This document shows positions 37,420 to 45,526 of a stretch of 51,584 nt of DNA, piece after piece. Every line of letters starts with the position of its first letter. Position 1 is the stretch's first letter. Made by a program: the position numbers and the translations under genes. The notes beneath the pieces were generated by a model. The model was given only the letters and a program-made list of their open reading frames with translations. It did no database searches and was not told where the DNA came from. Origin of the DNA: Candidatus Nanohalarchaeota archaeon (GTDB lineage: Archaea > EX4484-52); assembly GCA_003660905.1 (NCBI GenBank), contig QMVB01000001.1:1-51584 (forward strand), written 5' to 3'.

Positions 37420-39699
37420 TTATATATTTATTTTGTTTCTCCCGACTGCCAAAGACAAAAACATCAGTCCTATTGACAAAAAGATTGTAGGGACTTCCGG
37501 GATTGCCAAAGGCAGATAATCTGTGTTGCTTCCCCCGCTGATATTATGCGGATAATCCACGAACCCATCTCCGTTACTGTCCGGTGTGTTGAAATCCGAG
37601 AAATAATTTCCTCCTATGTATGGACCACCGATTATATTTGTTTCGGTCTGGTTTGTAATATTCCAGTCATTGTTTCCATTGTCCCAAGCATTGTTTGTGT
37701 TGTCAAAATAATTGTTGTATATTAAATTTGGTACTTGCGCACCTGACTGGTATAAATAAATACCATATTCTAAATTGTTGACTATTGTCGAATTTTTTAT
37801 TGTATTTACATTAGCCTGAGATAAATATATTCCATAATTATTAGAAAGAGCAGTTATATTCAGAATTTTATTTAATCCAGAACGACGAAGATACACTCCT
37901 CTGTCCCAGTCTGTGACAATGCAGTTTTTTATCAGGGATGTTGTATTTGTTGACGAACCCCTTGATATACGGACTGCATAACTGGGCTCTAAAGAAATCC
38001 CGGCTATCTTATGGTTCCGGCAGTCCAAAGTTATGTTGTTTGCAGTTACATCCATGCATATTTCAGCACTTGAATCAAGAATATCTGCTGTCAAATAATA
38101 TGCCGCTCCTGTTTTATTCAATTCCCTACAGCCAGATATATAAAATACAGTTATATCAACATTTAGACTTCTTGTTTCAGAACTATTTGCAACACCTATC
38201 CTATTTTCCCAGCACTCTACATTCCATGAATAAGTTCCATCAGATAATTCATGACTCATTATTGTTGACGTGGCATTTATGGCATTTGTGGAATTTTCAA
38301 CAGTCCCGTTTATTACAAGATTGCATGTGGAATTTTCTGAAATATGGTTGTACACCGTAAAATTAAATATTGTCCTGTTGCTGTTTTCTGTGTGGTCGTT
38401 TGACGGGCTGTTTAAAACAATAATGGGATTTAGATTAGGGGGATTTACTGCATCTACATAATTAAAATAATCTGTTACATTGCATTCGTTGAAACCAATC
38501 TTAAAATATCCATCTCCATTCCACGAGGAACCCCAGCTGTTCTTTACAATCCAGTAGCTTGTTGTGTCGTTTCCTGTGTCGTTGTATCCTGTTAAAACAA
38601 CAGCATGATTCAAATCGCCCTCTTCATTGCAACGATAAATATCACCATCCCAATCATCACCATTGTCCATATCTATCGCGATTGGAAGAGGACCATAATA
38701 ACTTATCCAGTTTTTGAGTTCATCGTTTGAAAAATCAGAGTAGTAAACAGTATAATTACTGCCGGACAAATCCCATAATCTTGCGTTCCAGTCAGAACAC
38801 TTTCCATTGCAATTGCTGTTTGACTTATTATATGGAAAACAAAATTCATCGGAAATTCCATCCTCTTTTATATAATCAAGAGCCACAATTTGATTCCCGC
38901 CATCACAATCTCCACAGTAAGCGCAACAGTCAGAAACGAGATACTGTTCAGATAAATCCGGGTTTAATTGCGAATTGTTCTGGTCGATATTGTATTTTGC
39001 CTCTACTGCCCCGACAGCAGAAAAAGCCCAGCAACTTCCGCAACTTGCCTGATCCTTTACCGGTGTCATCCAGTTTTCATTATTGTAATTTCTCCAGTCA
39101 TAATAAGAATGGATGTTGCCATTGCCTACCACAAGAGAAGAAGCGCCAAAAGATTTGTCTTTGACTTTCTTTGCATTTGCTAAATCCGGTTTAAACGCAT
39201 AGCTTATTTTTTCATCAAGACCCATCATCTCTATCATAGGGACCATATTATTTTTATTTAAGAAACCAGAGCTTATCTTCGTAAAATCAACTTTGTTTTT
39301 TTTAGGTATGCAAATAGCATACTCTGAAGAATAAGAATTCCCTGTTTTTATTGTTTTGATATCGTATCCGTGCTTTGCGCAATAAGAGAATTCTTGCCCT
39401 GTCTTGCCATTGAGAAAATCCCATGCATTGAATTTTGCATTGTCTGAAATGACGCAAACTCCATCCTGACTGCCATCACTGCCAGTTGTTACTTCGTAAT
39501 TATAACCCATTTCTGTGCAATAAGCAGCAGAAGGATTGGATATTCCAAATGAAATTCCTGTCAAAATTATTATCATAAAACTTACTGCCAACCCGAACCA
39601 TAAATTTTTCAGGTGTCCTGAAGTATCACGTAAAAAAGAAAAAACTTTTTTTGTTTTTTCTGCATTGAATCCTGTATTTTTTACTTTTCCATTTTTCAT
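37420..39699 (-). CDS. Secreted multidomain papain-like (C1) cysteine protease
   Basis: 759 aa. Domain order: N-terminal TM/leader; DUF333-like module (YCTEMGYNYE...FSYCAKHGYD); C1 catalytic domain (QASCGSCWAFSAVGAVEAKY, LNHAVVLTGY, VKNSWGSSWNGDGYF); Ig-like region; parallel beta-helix repeats (NNYGIYLSQANVNTIKNSTIVNNLEYGIYLYQSG); C-terminal PEVPTIFLSIGLMFLSLAVGRNK tail. Confidence 0.85.
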   Translation of the reverse strand: MKNGKVKNTGFNAEKTKKVFSFLRDTSGHLKNLWFGLAVSFMIIILTGISFGISNPSAAYCTEMGYNYEVTTGSDGSQDGVCVISDNAKFNAWDFLNGKTGQEFSYCAKHGYDIKTIKTGNSYSSEYAICIPKKNKVDFTKISSGFLNKNNMVPMIEMMGLDEKISYAFKPDLANAKKVKDKSFGASSLVVGNGNIHSYYDWRNYNNENWMTPVKDQASCGSCWAFSAVGAVEAKYNIDQNNSQLNPDLSEQYLVSDCCAYCGDCDGGNQIVALDYIKEDGISDEFCFPYNKSNSNCNGKCSDWNARLWDLSGSNYTVYYSDFSNDELKNWISYYGPLPIAIDMDNGDDWDGDIYRCNEEGDLNHAVVLTGYNDTGNDTTSYWIVKNSWGSSWNGDGYFKIGFNECNVTDYFNYVDAVNPPNLNPIIVLNSPSNDHTENSNRTIFNFTVYNHISENSTCNLVINGTVENSTNAINATSTIMSHELSDGTYSWNVECWENRIGVANSSETRSLNVDITVFYISGCRELNKTGAAYYLTADILDSSAEICMDVTANNITLDCRNHKIAGISLEPSYAVRISRGSSTNTTSLIKNCIVTDWDRGVYLRRSGLNKILNITALSNNYGIYLSQANVNTIKNSTIVNNLEYGIYLYQSGAQVPNLIYNNYFDNTNNAWDNGNNDWNITNQTETNIIGGPYIGGNYFSDFNTPDSNGDGFVDYPHNISGGSNTDYLPLAIPEVPTIFLSIGLMFLSLAVGRNKINI

Positions 39700-39831
39700 T
39701 TTATCAATTATTTATCTTTTAATCTTTCTTAATTAAAGAATAGATTTAAATATTTATTATATGATTATAAGCCCCTTTATGCAGTTTTTAGGCTATTTTA
39801 AAATATATATGTTTTAATTGCCATAAATCAA

Positions 39832-40764
39832 TTAATCTCCTGCCAAATACTCCGCAGTAATCCTCACAGCCTCATCGCTGCTGTATTTTGGACACCATCC
39901 GATTTTTTCTATTTTTTTGATATCCAATACCATTTTTGGAACATCCCCCTTCCATCCGCCGGCTCCGCCGGTGTAAGTGTATTCCGGAGAAAGAGACATA
40001 ACTCCTGCTGTAATATCTGCGATTTTTTTTGTGGTCGTCCATTCATTTGTTCCGATATTGAATATAGTTACGTCTTTTTTTGATTTTTTTACTGCAAAAA
40101 TCATCGCCTCTATGCAGTCAGATACATGGACATAAGATTTTGCCTGCTTTCCGTCCCCCAGAATCTCCATCTGCTTTGGATTTTTCTTAAGCTTGTTTAC
40201 AAAATCATAAATTACCCCGTGCGTGGAATTCATGCCTACAACATTCGCAAACCGGAAAATATGGCTTCTAAACGAGAATAGGGATGCATAGGCGCATATC
40301 ATGCCTTCGCATGCAAGCTTTGTTGCCCCGTAAATTGATATCGGAACCAGAGGTCCGTAATCCTCTTTTGTCGGTATTTGTTCAGCAATCCCGTAGACTG
40401 TTGAAGTTGATGAAAAAATGAAGTCCTTTATCCTGCACTTTTTTGCCTGATTTAGAACATTGTTTGTCGCAATTGCGTTTTGCTCAAAGACATTGTCAAT
40501 ATTTTCCGTGCTTGACTTTACATCAGGATTTGCCGCCAGATGCCATATTTGCTCTGCGCCGGAAAATGCTTTGTCAAGATTGTCCTTTACCAGATCAATT
40601 TTTTTAAAAGATACATTGGGCAGTTTCAGCTCTTCCATAATAAATTCTTTTTTCCCCGAAGACAGGTTGTCAATTACAACTATTTCGTTGCTTTTGCTTT
40701 TAGACAGCTTCTTCACTAAGTTAGATCCTATAAAACCCGCCCCTCCGGTTATTATTATTTTCAT
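39832..40764 (-). CDS. NAD-dependent sugar-nucleotide epimerase/dehydratase (SDR)
   Basis: 310 aa. Has GGAGFIGSNL and the catalytic YGATK. Confidence 0.85.
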   Translation of the reverse strand: MKIIITGGAGFIGSNLVKKLSKSKSNEIVVIDNLSSGKKEFIMEELKLPNVSFKKIDLVKDNLDKAFSGAEQIWHLAANPDVKSSTENIDNVFEQNAIATNNVLNQAKKCRIKDFIFSSTSTVYGIAEQIPTKEDYGPLVPISIYGATKLACEGMICAYASLFSFRSHIFRFANVVGMNSTHGVIYDFVNKLKKNPKQMEILGDGKQAKSYVHVSDCIEAMIFAVKKSKKDVTIFNIGTNEWTTTKKIADITAGVMSLSPEYTYTGGAGGWKGDVPKMVLDIKKIEKIGWCPKYSSDEAVRITAEYLAGD

Positions 40765-40899
40765 ATAATTAGTTCAAAATCAATTTTATATACTTTTATT
40801 CCTTCTGGATAATGCCCCGCAGCTTGCTGCGAAAGACTATTATAGTTGAAATGTCTCCTAAAAAGCAACAGTTGAAACTTTATAAATTTACGAATGAAG

Positions 40900-40950
40900 A
40901 TACCCCACAGCTTACTGCAGAGTGAGCGAAGAGAACGGCAGGAGATTCAT
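40900..40950 (+). repeat. Hairpin repeat family, copy 3
   Basis: ATACCCCACAGCTTACTGCAGAGTGAGCGAAGAGAACGGCAGGAGATTCAT aligns along its whole length with copy 2. Confidence 0.55.
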
Positions 40951-41151
40951 TCTTTGGTTTGCGATAACTTTCAGCAACTTTGGCTGAACAGTAAACTTTA
41001 CCTTCACTGTTTTTTTGCAAATTATGAGAGATATATACATATATATAAGCAATATAACTGCATATACTTTTCGTTCAGAATTCGTTGCTACATAAACCGC
41101 TAAAAAATCAGAATTTTGGAGTTTTAAAGATTAAGCGTTAAAGTTGAGATT

Positions 41152-41174
41152 AGCGAGTGAACGAAGAAATTCAT
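41152..41174 (+). repeat. Hairpin repeat family, partial copy
   Basis: AGCGAGTGAACGAAGAAATTCAT matches the 3' half of copies 2 and 3. Confidence 0.4.
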
Positions 41175-41335
41175 CGAAACAATTGAATTTTATGAATTTC
41201 GATGTAAACAGTTAATAACATTAAAAAGCAAAGCAACACCCGTAAAACTTGATTTTTATGGTTTTTCTGCGCGTAAATTTTGCAAGGATGCAGAAAAATG
41301 TCGTAAGCGCAAAAACCACAATAAGCGCAGAAATA

Positions 41336-41407
41336 TGGTCCGGGTGAGAATTGAACTCACGATCTTCGCCATGTCAAGGCGACGTCATACCACTAGACCA
41401 CCGGACC
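41336..41407 (-). tRNA. tRNA-Val (anticodon GAC)
   Basis: The reverse complement is GGTCCGGTGGTCTAGTGGTATGACGTCGCCTTGACATGGCGAAGATCGTGAGTTCAATTCTCACCCGGACCA. Acceptor GGTCCGG/CCGGACC, anticodon stem TCGCC/GGCGA with loop TTGACAT, T arm GTGAG-TTCAATT-CTCAC. Confidence 0.9.
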
Positions 41408-41748
41408 TAATAAGAATCCTTGCATTTGCAGCAGCATTTATCTGGAGTTGCTGTTGCATCCTCAACACAATCGGTTGTGTCGTGTATGTAATCATCACCA
41501 CAATCATCCTGATTACATACACCATCCGCATCTGCTGGCGTTGCAGCTTTACTACTTACAAGAAACGCTTTATTCCCATGAATTGTCTTGCACATAGTAA
41601 CCGAAATAGTATCCCCTGATTCTTTTTCTGTCGGCTGAAGAATACTTTCATTTGTCCCAAGCAGTCTTTCAGAAAATACAAATATTAGTGCAAATGCAAT
41701 AATCAGTGCGACCATTATTGCAACGACAATCTTTACTCCTTCTCTCAT
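41407..41748 (-). CDS. Small N-terminally anchored Cys-rich protein, C-terminal CCCKC (paralog 3)
   Basis: 113 aa. Starts MREGVKIVVAIMVALIIAFALIFVF. Has 8 Cys in the pattern C-x24-C-x4-C-x10-C-x10-CCCKC. Its stop codon overlaps the 5' base of tRNA-Val. Confidence 0.7.
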   Translation of the reverse strand: MREGVKIVVAIMVALIIAFALIFVFSERLLGTNESILQPTEKESGDTISVTMCKTIHGNKAFLVSSKAATPADADGVCNQDDCGDDYIHDTTDCVEDATATPDKCCCKCKDSY

Positions 41749-41777
41749 ATTATTATTTGACTAATTCATTTATATAT
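41749..41777 (-). promoter_or_regulatory. AT-rich TATA-like spacer upstream of Cys-rich paralog 3
   Basis: The minus-strand spacer reads ATATAAATGAATTAGTCAAATAATAAT directly before the ATG. A TATA-like box ~25 nt upstream implies a very short or absent leader. Confidence 0.35.
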
Positions 41778-42206
41778 TTATCCTCCGCATTTGCAGCAGC
41801 ATGTTGTTGTATCTGTTATGCTGCATCTTGCTAAAGGAACAACTGTATTTGGCAGGCAAACATGATTACAATTTGAACCAGAATTATCTTTTATCACGCA
41901 CCTTTTTACGCCAGGTGCATTGCTAGGACAGCAACAATCACTTCCACAGTCGCTATTAAGAGTACAAGTAGCAGTTACAGTTGGAGTATTTGCAGCGCAA
42001 ACACTTCCACAACTAAGCGAAACAGTGTAATACTCCCTCCCTGTCATTTTGCATTTAAGCCCCCTAAAACCGCTTGCAGAGTTCTCCTCTCGTTGCTTTG
42101 CTTTATCGTTTAAGTTCAATACCCTATCAGAGAGTATAAAAATCACTCCAAATGCAATAATCAATAAAACCAAGACAGTGACAACTATTTTCATTCCTTC
42201 TTCCAT
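41778..42206 (-). CDS. Small N-terminally anchored Cys-rich protein, doubled Cys domain, C-terminal CCCKCGG (paralog 2)
   Basis: 142 aa. Starts MEEGMKIVVTVLVLLIIAFGVIFIL. Has 16 Cys, including an internal CCC and the terminal CCCKCGG. Confidence 0.7.
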   Translation of the reverse strand: MEEGMKIVVTVLVLLIIAFGVIFILSDRVLNLNDKAKQREENSASGFRGLKCKMTGREYYTVSLSCGSVCAANTPTVTATCTLNSDCGSDCCCPSNAPGVKRCVIKDNSGSNCNHVCLPNTVVPLARCSITDTTTCCCKCGG

Positions 42207-42235
42207 ATAAGTTATAGTTTGCTAAGTATATATAT
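42207..42235 (-). promoter_or_regulatory. AT-rich TATA-like spacer upstream of Cys-rich paralog 2
   Basis: The minus-strand spacer reads ATATATATACTTAGCAAACTATAACTTAT directly before the ATG. Confidence 0.35.
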
Positions 42236-42559
42236 TTATCCACATTTACAGCAGCATGTTGGCGGCGCAGCAGTTTGATCAGCGTTCGGGTTGCATTCAT
42301 TATTATTTGTAGTTATATCCGGGTAGCAGTCCGATGAATCACAGGAACCAAAAACTGCAGATGTTTTGTCAACAAGATAATATATTCCCCCATGGCTTAT
42401 TTTGCACCATGTCGTGGAAATTTTATTTGACGATTGCTCATCTGTTTGCATCGCATTATCTTTTAATTTTGCAAAATTATTTGAAAATACAGTTATAATC
42501 GCCAGAGCAATAAAAAATAAAACCATTATAACAACTACCAGTTTCATTCCTTCTTCCAT
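42236..42559 (-). CDS. Small N-terminally anchored Cys-rich protein, C-terminal CCCKCG (paralog 1)
   Basis: 107 aa. Starts MEEGMKLVVVIMVLFFIALAIITVF. Has 8 Cys in the pattern C-x20-C-x4-C-x10-C-x12-CCCKC. Starts 6 nt after the uppS stop. Confidence 0.7.
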   Translation of the reverse strand: MEEGMKLVVVIMVLFFIALAIITVFSNNFAKLKDNAMQTDEQSSNKISTTWCKISHGGIYYLVDKTSAVFGSCDSSDCYPDITTNNNECNPNADQTAAPPTCCCKCG

Positions 42560-42565
42560 ACGATT

Positions 42566-43276
42566 TTATTCCCCTAAATTTTTTTCTGTATTTTCGTATT
42601 TTTTGATTGCATCAATCAGGTCCTGCTTTTGGAGTTGAGGCCATAATTTGTCAATAAAATATATTTCACTGTATGCGCAATGCCAGAGAAGAAAGTTGCT
42701 CAATCTCCTGTTGTATCCTGTCCGCAATATTATCTCCGGATAAGAGCTTTCCGGCAGATAAGTGTATTTTTTGACTGTATCTTCATCAATGTCCTCTTTT
42801 TTCAATTTGCCTGTCCGGGCATCATCTATCATCTGCCTAACAGCATCAACAAGCTCTCCCCTGCCGCTGTAATAGAATGCAATATTTACTGTAATTTTTT
42901 TGTAGTTTTTGGTTTTATCTTCAATTTTTTCTATTATTTTTTTTAATTCTTTTGAAATGATGCTTCTTCTTCCGATGAACCTGATTTTTACTTCATTTTC
43001 CTTAATTTTTTTGTTGGCAAGCAAATTAGTGAATGTCGTGCAGAATAATTTTTCAAGAATCTTTTTTTCCACAACAGAGCGGTTGCAGGCATTTTCAAGG
43101 GAGAAGGTATAGAGCGTGATTTCTTTTATGTTTTCCTCGCAACACCATTCAACAATATCATAGGCTTTTTGGGCGCCCTGTAGATACCCGTCATACAATT
43201 TTTTTGAATGATTTTTGGCATATCGCCTGTTTCCGTCCATTATGACGCCGATATGATTCACTTTTTTATCATCCAT
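42566..43276 (-). CDS. uppS: cis-Prenyltransferase (undecaprenyl/dehydrodolichyl diphosphate synthase)
   Basis: 236 aa. Has HIGVIMDGNRRYA and RTGYNRRLSNFLLWHCAYSEIYF. Confidence 0.9.
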   Translation of the reverse strand: MDDKKVNHIGVIMDGNRRYAKNHSKKLYDGYLQGAQKAYDIVEWCCEENIKEITLYTFSLENACNRSVVEKKILEKLFCTTFTNLLANKKIKENEVKIRFIGRRSIISKELKKIIEKIEDKTKNYKKITVNIAFYYSGRGELVDAVRQMIDDARTGKLKKEDIDEDTVKKYTYLPESSYPEIILRTGYNRRLSNFLLWHCAYSEIYFIDKLWPQLQKQDLIDAIKKYENTEKNLGE

Positions 43277-43277
43277 A

Positions 43278-44480
43278 TTAAATTAGATATTTGCTGAATT
43301 TTATAAGTTTTGGTATTTTCAAAAATATTTTTGAAATTTCAGTCAAATTGCCTTTTATTATGTTATCTATATCTCTATCTTTAAGTATATCCATTATTGT
43401 ATTTAAGTCATCGTCAGACATTTTATGAAAAATCTCTTTTATCCTGTTTACTTTCAAAAGTTCATTGCCTCTTTCATGCCACCATGTTTTATTGTATCTG
43501 TCAAGAAATTTGGCTGAATAGTCATTTGATATTTTTGCTTCATTGATTACATCTGCGGCTATTTTTGCAGCATAAGTCGCTTCATGCATTCCTCCTCCAT
43601 GCATGGGATGAACTTGCCTTGCAGCATCGCCGACTGCCAAAAAGCCATTTGCTGTCATTTTTCTTAAAAGACCGCCAACAGGAATTGCTCCGCCGTTTTC
43701 TTCCAGAACAGAACCGCATCTTAAATTGTTTTTTGTTCCAATCCATTGGTCAAGATAGTATTTTGCTGATTTTTCGCAATTTGAAAATATTCCAAGCCCG
43801 ACATTCGCTCTTTTCTCTCCTTTAGGGAATATCCATATGTATCCCCCTGGACAAATATCCCTTCCTGCATATAATTCCAGACGCTTTGAATCTTCCATTG
43901 TTATATTTTCCAACTCGTATTGATATCCGCTCATGACTTCATTTGGTTTAGGAACAGCTATATTTAGAACTTCTCTTGCAAATTTTGCTTCAACGCCTTC
44001 TGCGCTGACGACAATATCTGATTTTATTTTGTGTTTTTCTCCGTAATATTCTAATTCTACACCGCAGACAAAATCATTTTCTTTTATCATACCAATAACT
44101 TCGGCATTTGTTATTATTTTTGCTCCTGCGCGCGCAGCATTCCCAGCTAACTCTTTGTCGAATAATTTCCTCTCCAGGATATATCCTATTTCATTCTTTG
44201 CGGGAAGATAGATAGATTGTCCGCTGGGTCCATATAAAATAGAACCATTATATATTGTGTTTACGACGAACCTTTCCTTTCCAGTGAAGCCAAGCTGCTT
44301 CAGTTGAACTTCGCTGAGACCTTCAGCGCATCTTTTCGGAGCTCCGATTTCAGGCCTTTTTTCAATCATAAGAACATCAAGCCCTTTTTGAGCGCATAGT
44401 TGACCTAATCTTGAACCACCGGGACCAGCACCAATTATGATGACATCATATTTTTCTTTTACATTAAATGTGCTTAACAT
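43278..44480 (-). CDS. Geranylgeranyl reductase family flavoprotein
   Basis: 400 aa. Has YDVIIIGAGPGGSRLG, PKRCAEGL and VGDAARQVHPMHGGGM. Confidence 0.85.
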   Translation of the reverse strand: MLSTFNVKEKYDVIIIGAGPGGSRLGQLCAQKGLDVLMIEKRPEIGAPKRCAEGLSEVQLKQLGFTGKERFVVNTIYNGSILYGPSGQSIYLPAKNEIGYILERKLFDKELAGNAARAGAKIITNAEVIGMIKENDFVCGVELEYYGEKHKIKSDIVVSAEGVEAKFAREVLNIAVPKPNEVMSGYQYELENITMEDSKRLELYAGRDICPGGYIWIFPKGEKRANVGLGIFSNCEKSAKYYLDQWIGTKNNLRCGSVLEENGGAIPVGGLLRKMTANGFLAVGDAARQVHPMHGGGMHEATYAAKIAADVINEAKISNDYSAKFLDRYNKTWWHERGNELLKVNRIKEIFHKMSDDDLNTIMDILKDRDIDNIIKGNLTEISKIFLKIPKLIKFSKYLI

Positions 44481-44524
44481 ATAGATTACCTAATAGAGAA
44501 ATTTAAATATGTTTATAAAGTTTC

Positions 44525-45043
44525 TTGTTTTTGTTTGATTTAACAAATCTGGGAAATAATATGGTTTTTGAAAAAGAAATATGGGACAACTTTATGAGTA
44601 TAATATTAGGCGTTTTCTTTGCATTTTTATTCTACAATGCACTTGGTTTTGCGCTTGATACAAAAACGCCATTGGTGACAGTTGTTTCATGCTCAATGTA
44701 CCCGGAACTTAATGTGGGGGATTTGCTTCTGCTCAAGGGAGTAGAAGACATAAAAGATATACAAGCAGGGAAGGATGGAGATATTATTGTTTATTACCAG
44801 AAAAATTTCAATAAATTAATAGTCCATCGCGTTTGGGAGATAAATAACAATACAATAAGTACTTGGGGGGATAACAATTATGCAAAAGATTCATGGACAA
44901 CTTCATTTGATGAAATAAAAGGAAAATCGATTTTGAGAATCCCTTATCTGGGATACCCGAGAATATTGCTGTTTAATATTGCAACAGATAGGAAAACAGA
45001 AAAATGCCAGTTGCTTTACGATCATAGATTTATTGGTGAATAA
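44525..45043 (+). CDS. Signal peptidase I, archaeal/ER type (S26B)
   Basis: Catalytic Ser in VVSCSMYPEL, His in LIVHRV, and the WGDNN box. The likely start is the Met at 44561. Confidence 0.8.
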   Translation: MFLFDLTNLGNNMVFEKEIWDNFMSIILGVFFAFLFYNALGFALDTKTPLVTVVSCSMYPELNVGDLLLLKGVEDIKDIQAGKDGDIIVYYQKNFNKLIVHRVWEINNNTISTWGDNNYAKDSWTTSFDEIKGKSILRIPYLGYPRILLFNIATDRKTEKCQLLYDHRFIGE

Positions 45044-45044
45044 A

Positions 45045-45368
45045 ATGGAACTTTGCAAGAAATGTGGAAGTCTGATGGTACCCATCAGAAAAAAGAATGG
45101 ATTGTATTTTGTATGCAGAGTATGCAAGACAGAAAAAAAGGCAAATGGAAATAATAATATTCTAAAGGAAGTAATTCACAATGAAAAGCCAATCATTGCT
45201 GTGGTAGGAGATAGCACGGAGACGCTGCCGACCATTAAAAAAAAATGTGAAAAATGCGGAAACAATCTAGTATACTGGTGGAGCCAGCAAACACGCTCTT
45301 CAGACGAACCGGAAACGAGGTTCTACAGGTGCACAAAATGCAAGCAGACATGGAGAGAGTACAGTTGA
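45045..45368 (+). CDS. tfs: Transcription factor S / RNA polymerase subunit M
   Basis: 107 aa from MELCKKCGSLM. Has the N-terminal ribbon CKKCG...CRVC and the C-terminal TFIIS ribbon CEKCG...QTRSSDEPETRFYRCTKC. The track ORF beginning at 44979 overlaps the signal peptidase and is over-extended. Confidence 0.85.
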   Translation: MELCKKCGSLMVPIRKKNGLYFVCRVCKTEKKANGNNNILKEVIHNEKPIIAVVGDSTETLPTIKKKCEKCGNNLVYWWSQQTRSSDEPETRFYRCTKCKQTWREYS

Positions 45369-45383
45369 TTTTGTCCACAGAAC

Positions 45384-45466
45384 GCACGGAACCCACAGGA
45401 ACCGGTGAAAAAAGAACAGTCAGAAATCCCATTTATTCGCTTCCTTTATATTCCTGTGTCTTCCGT
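45384..45466 (+). repeat. Long hairpin enclosing a repeat-family core
   Basis: The arms CACGGAACCCACAGGAA and TTCCTGTGTCTTCCGTG form 7+8 bp around a 2-nt mismatch. They enclose GGTGAAAAAAGAACAGTCAGAAATCCC, which aligns with the GTGAAG...GATTC core. Confidence 0.5.
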
Positions 45467-45526
45467 GGATAGTCTTGCGGAGTTTTTCTCAATTCTTTTA
45501 AACTTTTCTTTTAGTATTTTAGTATT

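Noticed and set aside
40844-40878. A CRISPR-like signal: AGTTGAAA occurs twice, 26 nt apart.
   Set aside because: There are only two short 8-9-nt matches, with no regular repeat-spacer periodicity and no cas genes in the window.
41407-42559. Calling the Cys-rich trio bona fide type IV pilins with class III signal peptides.
   Set aside because: The residues after the candidate cleavage Gly are (M/V)-K. The charged +2 Lys and the acidic n-region (MEE) do not fit the usual archaeal prepilin peptidase motif as I recall it. It is left as a hypothesis only.
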